Below, one piece after another: positions 55,403 to 64,000 of a DNA stretch of 64,000 bases; within the stretch, counting starts at the first letter, position 1; the number at the start of each line of letters is the position of its first letter. This DNA is from Bacteroidota bacterium (lineage in GTDB: Bacteria; Bacteroidota; Bacteroidia; AKYH767-A; OLB10), in assembly GCA_016721435.1 (NCBI GenBank), contig JADKIC010000005.1, positions 48,157 to 112,156 of the forward strand, written 5' to 3'. A program made the position numbers and the translations under genes. Below the pieces are notes generated by a model that searched no databases, was not told the DNA's origin, and was given only the letters and a program-made list of their open reading frames with translations.

Positions 55403-56926
55403 CTAATGTATTTTTGCAATCGCCGTCTCTACCATTTCTTCTTCCTGCACATCTCCATAGAATTTTCTGAGTATAGTCTCGAGTCGTGTATCCGGCTTTA
55501 AAGTTAAGGGTTTGATGCCGGAGTTGTCACAATTTTTAAATAAATTATCTTCCTCATCACCCAGATATCTGCACAGAAATTTCATTCGTGACTCTCTGGT
55601 CTCCGCATAAGCCACCATTTCATCCAGCTCTGCCATCCGGATTTCACGCAATTTATCAATCATGCGGAAATCCATTATTGGTGCCCCCGCAACAAAGTGC
55701 AAATACTTCTTCTGCCCTATCTGTTTCTCCACGATCAGTCCTTGCTCGATAAGATCTGCTTTAATCGAACGCATTGCTGCTTCGAAAATATTCGTTTTCT
55801 TGCAAAGTTCCTGTTCTGTATATCGCTTCTCTTGCAACAACTGAATTACTTTCATGTAGCTGGTCACTGCAGGTTTCGAGAAATTAATAAACATCTGCGG
55901 CAGCTTAACATCTGTCGGGTGATACAACAAAATCACTCTTCCGGTATCGCCATCGCGTCCGGCCCGACCAATTTCCTGATAGTAATGAATCGGAGATTGC
56001 GGAATTTGAGTGTGGATAATAAAACGAATATCGGGCTTGTCAATTCCCATACCCAGGGCGTTAGTAGAGATGACACATTTCCAATCGTTGTTCATGAGAC
56101 CTTTCTCGATCTTCACCCTCTCTGCAGGCGACAAACCGGCATGGTATCCGGCACAGGGAATATCATTTTGTTTCAACCAATTCGTATAGCGGGTAACATC
56201 CTTTCGCGTACCTGTATAAATAATTCCTGATCCTTCCAGTTTCTCCAGGTGTTGGGCCAGCCAGATCAGTTTATCATCCTGACATCCCACCTGAATCACC
56301 TGCAACTGCAAATTATCACGCATCAATTTTCCCCGAATGGACTTCGCATTGCCACCCATCTGTTGAATAATATCTTCCTCCACGGTCTTCGTAGCAGTAG
56401 CAGTCGTTGCCAGCACAGGAATACCTGCAGGTAGTGTTTTCACTAATTCAATAATCCTCCGAAAAGCAGGACGAAAATCATGACCCCAAACAGAAATGCA
56501 ATGTGCCTCATCTACTACCACCATCGATAAATTCAATTGCTTAACGGTTTTCATCCAGACAGCATTATCCATACGCTCGGGAGCGATGTACAATATTTTT
56601 ATTTTACCGTCCTTCGCATCCTTTAGAATTTTTGAATTCTCCAACGAATTTTGTTCACTGTTCAGGCAACGGGCAACAATACCTAAACTATTCAATTTCT
56701 GCACCTGATCGCGCATCAAGGCAATCAACGGTGAAAAGATGATCGTAATTCCCGGTAATACTGCAGCCGGAAACTGATAACAGAGCGACTTCCCGAAACC
56801 CGTTCGTTCAATCAGCAACACCCGATCACCATGCAATACATGTTTAATCGTGGTCCACTGTTCATCATGAAAATGATTAAATCCAAAAATTTTTTTCAAT
56901 TGCACTTCTGCCTCTTTCCTGTTCAT
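55403..56926 (-). CDS. recQ: RecQ-family ATP-dependent DNA helicase (short form, no HRDC domain)
   Basis: A 507-aa ORF. The motifs are ERTGFGKSLCYQFPA (motif I), VVDEAHCISVWGHDFRPAF (DEAH box), LATTATAT, NALGMGIDKPDIRFIIH and YQEIGRAGRDG (motif VI). Confidence 0.85.
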   Translation of the reverse strand: MNRKEAEVQLKKIFGFNHFHDEQWTTIKHVLHGDRVLLIERTGFGKSLCYQFPAAVLPGITIIFSPLIALMRDQVQKLNSLGIVARCLNSEQNSLENSKILKDAKDGKIKILYIAPERMDNAVWMKTVKQLNLSMVVVDEAHCISVWGHDFRPAFRRIIELVKTLPAGIPVLATTATATKTVEEDIIQQMGGNAKSIRGKLMRDNLQLQVIQVGCQDDKLIWLAQHLEKLEGSGIIYTGTRKDVTRYTNWLKQNDIPCAGYHAGLSPAERVKIEKGLMNNDWKCVISTNALGMGIDKPDIRFIIHTQIPQSPIHYYQEIGRAGRDGDTGRVILLYHPTDVKLPQMFINFSKPAVTSYMKVIQLLQEKRYTEQELCKKTNIFEAAMRSIKADLIEQGLIVEKQIGQKKYLHFVAGAPIMDFRMIDKLREIRMAELDEMVAYAETRESRMKFLCRYLGDEEDNLFKNCDNSGIKPLTLKPDTRLETILRKFYGDVQEEEMVETAIAKIH

Positions 56927-57127
56927 ATCAATTATTTTAAAGGTGTTTAAAATGAATGCGGCAAATATATAACAGTAAATACAGGATAAGCCGAAATAAA
57001 CATTTGTATTCGTTTGTGGGAGGGTAAGTGAGGGTAGGGAGGTGGATTTGCATAAAAACGTAATTAATTTTGCAAAGGAAACTTACAGATCTATATTTAA
57101 CGAAACCAATTTTATAAAAACCATTTA

Positions 57128-57646
57128 ATGAAATATTTCAATCGTAAAAAGAATCGGCTACCCGGATTCGACTATTCATCATGCAATCGGTACTTCATTA
57201 CTTCCATAGTGAAATACAGAAAGCCTTACTTTGGTAATGTGTTTGATAGCAAAATGGTATTATCGGATTATGGTCATATAGTAGATCAGCAATGGGATTG
57301 GTTGCTTAAAACTTACCCTTACCTCAAATCTCACGGCTTCATAGTAATGCCCGATCATATTCATGGAATCCTTGAAATTACCGATGAACCTTCCTATCAG
57401 GGAAAGATCAAAAGCCTGTCCGAATTGATGGGTGCATATAAAACCACTACCTCAAAACATATTCATCTGGCTGGTGTACCTGATTTTGAATGGCATAGAT
57501 CCTTTCATGATCATATCGTCCGAAACGAATCAGCTTTTATCTGCATGAAAAACTATATCCGGTTAAATCCGAAACGGTGGATGGAAAAAAAATACCATCA
57601 GCCGCGCGTAGTAGTGACAGGTCGCGACCTGTCGTTACTACGATGA
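57128..57646 (+). CDS. REP-associated tyrosine transposase (RAYT; IS200/IS605-like Y1 HUH enzyme)
   Basis: A 172-aa ORF. The features are RLPGFDYSSCNRYFIT, the HUH motif VMPDHIHGILEI, the catalytic Tyr context LMGAYKTTTSKHI, and WHRSFHDHIVRNE...YIRLNPKRW. The last 12 codons (…VVVTGRDLSLLR) are read from the first REP palindrome. Confidence 0.85.
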   Translation: MKYFNRKKNRLPGFDYSSCNRYFITSIVKYRKPYFGNVFDSKMVLSDYGHIVDQQWDWLLKTYPYLKSHGFIVMPDHIHGILEITDEPSYQGKIKSLSELMGAYKTTTSKHIHLAGVPDFEWHRSFHDHIVRNESAFICMKNYIRLNPKRWMEKKYHQPRVVVTGRDLSLLR

Positions 57647-57880
57647 CCGGGTGGGGGCGTAGTGACAGGTCGCGACCTGTCGTTAATGACCGGGGTGGAG
57701 GGGGGGCGGCTACGATGACCGGGGTGGGGGTGTAGTGACAGGTCGCGACCTGTCATTACTACGATGATGACCGGGGTGGTGGTGTAGTGACAGGTCGCGA
57801 CCTATCCTTACGATGATGACCGGGGTGGTGGTGTAGTGACAGGTCGTGACCTGTCATTACTACGATGACCTGTCGTTACA
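57614..57880. repeat. REP array: five full or near-full GTGACAGGTCGCGACCTGTC palindromes plus a half-site, separated by G-rich spacers
   Basis: The copies start at 57614, 57662, 57735, 57787 (right arm degenerate) and 57836, and the half-site is at 57867-57875. The recurring module is TACGATGACCGGGGTGG.GGTGTAGTGACAGGTCGCGACCTGTCATTAC. Confidence 0.95.
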
Positions 57881-57914
57881 CATTTTTTTCTATTTTCAGC
57901 ACCTCAAACCTACT

Positions 57915-59355
57915 ATGTATAACCAACCTAACCGTTCCGCCGCTGCCCTTCCTATTTTGATTTCTGTTTTCTTCTTTTGGGGTTTGTGGCAGCCAGTAAT
58001 GATATTCTGATTCCTGTATTTAAGGAAAAACTGAACCTGGAGCAATGGCAGAGCCAGATGATTTCTTTTGCATTTTATGTTGCGTATACCGTGGGGTCGC
58101 TGATTTATTATTTTATGTCGAAGGCGACGGGGGTGATATTTTAAATCGCATTGGGTATAAAAATGGCATTGCCCTGGGGCTGGTTATTTCTGCATTGGGC
58201 ACGTTGTTGTTCTTCCCGGCTGCTGAATCTTCATCTTTTGGTTTGATGATATCGGGTCTCTTTATTGTCGGACTGGGTTTTTCTTTACAGCAAACAGCCG
58301 CCAATCCTCTCGCCATCACCATTGGAGATCCTAAGAAAGGGGCGCAACGGTTGAGTCTGGCCGGTGGGATTAATAATATCGGAACAACCATCGGACCTAT
58401 CATCGTGAGCTTTGCGATTTTCGGTTCGTTGAAAGCAGGGGAGCATCTGGAATCTCTTTCCGCTGTAAAAGGACCCTACCTTATTCTGGGTGCGGCCTTT
58501 GTGATTGTCGCCATTATTTTTCGTTTCTCTTCATTGCCAAATCAAATTCATCATGAAGAAACTGTTCCCGATGTGCAGAATAAATCGGCGAAGGAAGCCG
58601 GATCCGCATTGTCATACCCGCAGCTATGGATGGGAATGATTGCAATTTTCTTATATGTTGGCGTGGAAGTTTCACAGCCTCCAACCTTCCTGAATTCATG
58701 CGCATCCATCTGAATACGCCTACAAACGAAATCGCACCCTATGTCTCTTTGTTTTGGGCGAGTCTGATGATTGGCCGCTGGACCGGTGCTGTAGGAGCCT
58801 TTGATCTGAAGAAGAATACCCGCACCTTTTTGAATTTCATTCTTCCCTATGCCGCCTTCGGTGTCTTCCTCTTCGCCAACCGGATCGCGAACAATGATCT
58901 TACGCCATTTTATGTATGCTTTCGTCATCATCATCATCATCATCGCTGATCTTTTGAGTAAAGGTAATCCGGCCCGTCAATTGTTGATTTTCTCTTTCTG
59001 CGGAATAACCGCCTTACTCATTGGTATTCTCAGCGACGGACTCACGAGTGTATATGCCTTTATCAGCGTTGGACTTTTTTGTTCTACCCTCTGGCCCTGT
59101 ATCTTTACGCTGGCGATAGCAGGACTCGGTAAACATACCAACGAAGGTTCCAGCTTCCTCATCATGATGATTATGGGTGGCGGATTTGTGAGTTTGTTGC
59201 AGGGATGGCTGGCTTCAGATGATCTGCTGGGGATTCAATGGAGTTATATAGTAGGAATTCTTTGTTTTGCTTATCTCGCCTTCTATGGATGGAAAGTACA
59301 GCATATTCTCGCTGCCCGGGGAATTCACTATGACACATCCAAGGCTTCACACTAA
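57915..59355 (+). pseudogene. MFS sugar permease (FucP / glucose-galactose transporter family) with four frameshifts
   Basis: Five frames read continuously: MYNQPNRSAAALPILISVFFFWG|FVAASNDILIPVFKEKLNLEQWQSQMISFAFYVAYTVGSLIYYFMSKATG|GDILNRIGYKNGIALG.... The lesions are at G4 57979-57982, G5 58129-58133, about 58675-58690 and T4 58908-58911. Confidence 0.75.
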
Positions 59356-59472
59356 CAACTACCCGTCGCGTCCGCTGCGCTATCCTACCGAACGTTGCGC
59401 CTTTCTGCCGGTAGGTTTAAACATAACAACTACCCGTTGCGTCCGCTGCTCTACCGTAGCGAACGTTGCGTT
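59353..59472. repeat. Intergenic direct duplication of about 49 bp with a 71-bp period
   Basis: TAACAACTACCCGTCGCGTCCGCTGCGCTATCCTACCGAACGTTGCGCC begins at 59353. TAACAACTACCCGTTGCGTCCGCTGCTCTACCGTAGCGAACGTTGCGTT begins at 59424. Confidence 0.85.
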
Positions 59473-59485
59473 TAAATAAAACACC

Positions 59486-61752
59486 ATGTGTAATGGAATA
59501 TTAAATAGAAGTTCTCATTGTTTTCTGTGGACAGTCACTTTTCTTTTCGTACTCATGAATACAAAAGTTTATTCCGGAGAGAAAGTAAACTTAATACCGC
59601 TTCCTAACAGCATCGCCTATAAGAAAGGGCACTTCAAAATAGCTCCGGAAACAAAATTATTGGCAAGCAGTAGTTCATCCAGACAATTTGCATTACTGTT
59701 AAACGATTGGATGAAGACGACCCTCGGCTATACATTGCCGATAGTTGAAACAGTAGGACGTAAAGATCATTACATCGCGATTTCCTTTCTTGCAGAAGAT
59801 ACTACAGAGAAGTACCGCATTGCCGTAAGAAAAACGGAATCGTGCTGGAAGGAAGTGCTGCCGGACTTGTGCGCGGCAGTTCTACCCTCCTGCAATTGCT
59901 CTTTCATGCCGGGAAAACCGAAAATAAAATTCCTTGTCTGGTGATTGTCGATCAGCCGAAATTTTCTTACCGCGGTGTTCATTTGGATGTATGCCGGCAT
60001 TTTATGCCGAAGGAATTTGTGAAGCGGTATATCGATCTGATCGCATTGCACAAGATGAACAATTTTCACTGGCACCTCACCGATGATCAGGGCTGGCGGA
60101 TTGAAATAAAAAAATATCCGAAGCTGACTGAAATCGGGGCATGGCGGAACGGAAGTATGGTAGGGCCGTATCGCAACCAGCAGTTCGACAGCTTGCGATA
60201 CGGTGGTTTTTTTACTCAGGATGATATCCGCGAAATTGTAATGTATGCCGAACAACGTCAAATAAATATCATCCCTGAAATTGAAATGCCCGGCCATGCA
60301 TTGGCGGCACTCGCAGCTTATCCTGAATATTCCTGTACAGGAGATGTGAAAGAGGTCGCCAAAGGATGGGGTGTTTTTGACGATGTCTTTTGTGTGAAAG
60401 ATTCCACATTTGCTTTTCTGGAAGATATCCTCACAGAAGTGATCGGACTGTTTCCATCAAAATACATTCATATCGGTGGAGATGAATGTCCGAAAACGCG
60501 CTGGAAAGTTTGTTCAAAATGTATCGAGACGCGTTATGCCAACAACCTGCGTGATGAACATGAATTGCAAAGTTATTTTATTCAACGCATCGAGAAATTT
60601 CTGAACAGCAAGGGAAGAATGATCATCGGCTGGGATGAAATACTGGAAGGTGGTCTGGCGCCCAATGCTACGGTGATGAGCTGGCAGGGAGTTAGCGGTG
60701 GCATCGCAGCAGCTAAATCCGGACATAACGCCATCATGACACCGGGCACACATTGCTATTTTGATCATTATCAGGGCGAGCGGGCATCAGAACCATTGGC
60801 ATTTGGTGGATTCACTCCACTGGAAAAAGTGTACTCCTTCCGCCCCATCCCCGATTCATTGAACGCGGAAGAAGCTAAATACATCCTCGGAGCGCAGGCG
60901 AATTTATGGTCTGAGTATTTGTACGATGTAAAGCAGGTGGAGTATATGCTTCTGCCCAAACTCGCTGCACTCTCTGAAGTCCTGTGGACAGATACGGTCT
61001 TTCATGATGAAGCCAAATTTTATAAAAGATTGTTGCCCCATCAATCCTTGCTGGATCAGTTCCACGTAAATTACTCCACCACCTGGATGCGACCATCACT
61101 GAAGATATCCTCCGGGAAAAACAAACCTTCTCTTGAATTAAACCTGATCTCAAGAATTCAGCAGGATATCGAAACCGCTTTTCGTAACGGTGATGGATTA
61201 ACGACATTTAAAAAGTATCAACAACCGGTGATCATTCAGGAGAGCGGAGATTTTATCGTGCGTAGCACCTACCATAACAAAACGCATGAGATGGTATTTC
61301 CTTTTTCGTTTTCTAAATCTACAGGTGCAAATGTACAACTGCTCGTAAAGGGCGATCGTAATTATGCGAATCCGGCAGCTACTTTATGCGATGGCATCAC
61401 CGGCGATTATCCCTGGACAGGAAAGCACTGGGTAGGCTGGATTGGTAAAGATGGAGTGATTGAAATAGATCTGGGCAGCACAAAAAAAATAGACAGTATT
61501 GTGGTCGTTTACCTGCACGATCCGGTGAGTTGGATACATGCTCCCGGTGCTATTCTATACAACATTGGAAAGGAAGAAGTGCAGTTTCGTCAAATCACGA
61601 AAGACAAAGCTGTCAATCGAGCCGTTATTCCGGTGGAGGGAGAAGCACAACTTCTGAAATTTACTATACAAAGCATTGGGAAGAACCCTGAAGGCAGTGC
61701 AGGAGCCGGAGAAGACGGATGGATGTTTGTTTCGGAAATACTTGTTTACTAG
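59486..61752 (+). pseudogene. GH20 beta-N-acetylhexosaminidase with a C-terminal carbohydrate-binding-like domain, one frameshift
   Basis: ORFs 59486..59944 and 59842..61752 join as ...YRIAVRK|NGIVLEGSAAGLVRG... if A5 at 59830-59834 is really A6. The catalytic region is RGVHLDVCRHF, NNFHWHLTDDQGWR and YIHIGGDECP. Confidence 0.85.
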
Positions 61753-61915
61753 AGAAAGAGTTGGATGGGATCTTGGAAACTGAAGACCTGTTCTTGTAAT
61801 TTACAGTGATAAATATGATTCTTCTTTCATTTTAACGGGAATTTTACATCATATGCAACCTTTTCGACTGATTTTACATCTGCTCTTATACGTTGACCAA
61901 CATCCAAAAACACCT

Positions 61916-64000
61916 ATGAAAAAACAATTCCTCTTTGCTCTGGCTTTGCTGTTGACCTTGCAAGCCAATGCTTCACACATTCTTTGTCAGTCGATTACCC
62001 TGCAGTACGCCGGCACTCCAAACACCTATGTATTAAAAGGTTACATGTACCGCGATTGTGCCGGGATTCCTTCTCCGACCAGTCTTCAAGTCTTCTATTC
62101 AGACTCTGTGGGAACCGGAAGCTCGCTCTATTGGGTTACCCTGCCTATCGTTAATCAGCAGATCATGCCGGTCTTTACCTGTGCACCAACCGTTCCTTTC
62201 CTTTGTTCGAATGGCTTCGGTATTCAGATCACTGAATTTGCGGATACCATTGTTCTTCCCAATGCCAGTGACAACTGGAAATTCTGGATTTCCGAATGTT
62301 GCAGGAGCGCGGCCATAAGCACGATTAATAATCCTACTAGTGCCGGAGCCTTTTGCGAAGCTACGTTGGATAATCTCAATTATCCGACGAATAGTTTGCC
62401 TGACTTCAACACATTGAATGTTCCGATTTTCTGCCTCAACCAGCCTGCTGTTTATCCAAACACCGCTATTGAACCGGACGGAGATAGTATTGTATATTCT
62501 CTGATGGGTCCAAGGGATAATCAAAACGTATCCAGTTATAACCCCTTCCCCATTGGATATTTTGGGCCTTATTCCCCGACACAATTTATTGCTACCAATG
62601 CACCCATCTTTTTTGATTCAACCACCGGCGTCTCTTCATTCACGCCCGTTCTACTTCAACAGGGTGTTTTGGTCGTGCTGGCTTCTGAATACAGAAACGG
62701 AGTCCTGATCGGTACCACCATGCGTGATATCAATGTGATGATTGTAGATGGTATCAACAACCCCAGCATTGTAACGGGTACCGTATACCTAGATGCTAAT
62801 AATAACGGAAACAAAGACGTGAACGAATACGGCGTTGCGAATGAGTTTGTGCAGTCCAACCCTTTTTACGCCTATAACATCACTGATCCCACCGGACTTT
62901 ATTCCATGTACATTGGCACCGGACCACATACGGTGGATTTGGCAAATATCCCTGCATGGTTTACTGTGAATCCGCCTTCCTATAATTTCAACTTCGCTTC
63001 TGCAGGAAATATTTCCAGCGCCAACGACTTCGCACTGGTACCCGTTCCGGGAACCACTGAAATGGAGATCACATTGAACGCAGCACCCGTTCGCCCCACC
63101 TTCAGAACGTTGGTGAATATCGATGTAAAAAACAACGGCAGTGACAATGCCGGAGGGGTGGTTACTTTTATCATGCCCGATAGTGTCGCGGTGGATAGTA
63201 CTTCCATCACTCCATCTTCAGTTAGTGGAAACACACTCACCTGGACATTGCCCACTTTGTTTCCGTTACAAAATTATTACATCATCGTTTATGTAAAAGC
63301 AGACAGTGGACTCGTGATTGGTGATTCTGTTTATTTTCAGGCAGGACTTACAGTAACACCGGGAACAGATATTGACATCTCGAACAATACGTCAGATGGC
63401 TGGGCAAGGGTTATGAATTCCTTCGACCCCAATATCAAATCAGCATTCCCAAGTGGCACCATTCCACAATCTTCCGTCATTGCCGGCGAACCCATCACCT
63501 ACCGCATTGACTTTGAAAATACCGGAACCGCCAATGCACTAACGGTACGCATTACCGATGTTTTACCGAACGAACTAATGCTAAGTTCGGTAGAAGTACT
63601 TGCCTCTAGTCATGGCTATTCCACCAGAATATTCTACCCACGTGAGTTAGAATTCTCCTTCAACAACATCAACCTCACGCCCAACAATGTGGATCCCGTG
63701 AACAGCAAGGGTTACATCATCCTGCGTGCAACGCCCTATCCAACGCTTCCGGTAGGTACACTCATCTCCAATGAAGCAAGAATTTATTTCGACAACAACC
63801 TCCCTATTTTAACTCCAATGGCAGAGGTGATGATTGGCAACACCACCACCGGTATAGCCGAATTACTGAGTACAGCAGGACCACCCTTAAACATCAGTCC
63901 GAATCCTGCAAAAGACATCATCAACATCAGTCTTCCATCAGCAGCAGCGGGTAATTTTGAAGTGCAGGTGTACACGTTACAAGGAAGAATAGTTAAAAAA
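61916..64000 (+). CDS. Large secreted protein with a T9SS (Por_Secre_tail type) C-terminal sorting domain, 3' end outside the window
   Basis: I translated this myself from ATG 61916. It is open for 695 codons to the window end and is absent from the track because it has no stop in the window. The signal peptide is MKKQFLFALALLLTLQANA. The middle has a DUF11-like repeat region (…SFDPNIKSAFPSG…PITYRIDFENTGTANALTVRITDVLP…ARIYFDNNLPILT). The end reads LNISPNPAKDIINISL…FEVQVYTLQGRIV. Confidence 0.75.
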   Translation, partial: MKKQFLFALALLLTLQANASHILCQSITLQYAGTPNTYVLKGYMYRDCAGIPSPTSLQVFYSDSVGTGSSLYWVTLPIVNQQIMPVFTCAPTVPFLCSNGFGIQITEFADTIVLPNASDNWKFWISECCRSAAISTINNPTSAGAFCEATLDNLNYPTNSLPDFNTLNVPIFCLNQPAVYPNTAIEPDGDSIVYSLMGPRDNQNVSSYNPFPIGYFGPYSPTQFIATNAPIFFDSTTGVSSFTPVLLQQGVLVVLASEYRNGVLIGTTMRDINVMIVDGINNPSIVTGTVYLDANNNGNKDVNEYGVANEFVQSNPFYAYNITDPTGLYSMYIGTGPHTVDLANIPAWFTVNPPSYNFNFASAGNISSANDFALVPVPGTTEMEITLNAAPVRPTFRTLVNIDVKNNGSDNAGGVVTFIMPDSVAVDSTSITPSSVSGNTLTWTLPTLFPLQNYYIIVYVKADSGLVIGDSVYFQAGLTVTPGTDIDISNNTSDGWARVMNSFDPNIKSAFPSGTIPQSSVIAGEPITYRIDFENTGTANALTVRITDVLPNELMLSSVEVLASSHGYSTRIFYPRELEFSFNNINLTPNNVDPVNSKGYIILRATPYPTLPVGTLISNEARIYFDNNLPILTPMAEVMIGNTTTGIAELLSTAGPPLNISPNPAKDIINISLPSAAAGNFEVQVYTLQGRIVKK

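Noticed and set aside
57614-57880. Read the REP array (regularly spaced 21-22-bp palindromic repeats) as a CRISPR array.
   Set aside because: The spacers are short G-rich variants of one another rather than unique sequences. The repeat is a perfect palindrome that also occurs as isolated copies elsewhere (16.9 kb and 38.0 kb). No cas genes are present, and a RAYT gene abuts the array.
58923-58945. The (ATC)6 / His6-coding trinucleotide repeat (ORF 58626..58949 ends in HHHHHHR).
   Set aside because: The His run is an out-of-frame reading. In the true MFS frame it encodes VIIIIIIA within a TM helix, so it is just a short microsatellite.

Overview
This 64-kb chromosomal segment looks like a Bacteroidota genome. 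Three proteins carry type IX secretion (T9SS) C-terminal sorting domains, one is a giant SprB-repeat adhesin, and native genes lack Shine-Dalgarno sequences.

Gene content, left to right:
- A Wza/Wzc/Wzx/Wzy-type exopolysaccharide locus (1-9951, minus strand).
- dut, a sugar nucleotidyltransferase, and the TPR / DUF4292 / EnvC-like trio.
- A LuxR-type two-component pair, tatA and gpsA.
- A ~3,700-aa SprB-repeat adhesin (24117-35215).
- A small, foreign-looking islet.
- A yafV / ybdL-like omega-amidase and aminotransferase pair.
- A fructosamine kinase, a MarR regulator and a ~1,230-aa sensor kinase.
- A BCCP-like protein and a Tat-signal superoxide dismutase.
- An RND efflux operon, an OmpA-family protein and a RecQ-like helicase.
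- A REP-associated tyrosine transposase (RAYT) with its REP array.
- A sugar MFS permease, a GH20 hexosaminidase and another T9SS cargo protein.

I found no rRNA, tRNA or CRISPR array.

The most interesting material is non-coding:
1. Two ~300-bp arrays of 9-10-bp phased repeats sit in inverted orientation between the SOD gene and the efflux operon.
2. Five tandem copies of an 86-bp nested-hairpin repeat lie inside the EPS operon. One unit carries compensatory changes that preserve a stem, and a related singleton sits at 40.2 kb.
3. An 18-22-bp perfect palindrome, GTGACAGGTCGCGACCTGTCAC, occurs at three loci, including an array fused to the 3' end of the RAYT gene.

Separately, about 20 frameshift or stop lesions break 11 unrelated genes. 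Most of those I could place precisely fall in short homopolymer runs. That points to homopolymer-length sequencing error rather than biology, but it needs read-level confirmation.
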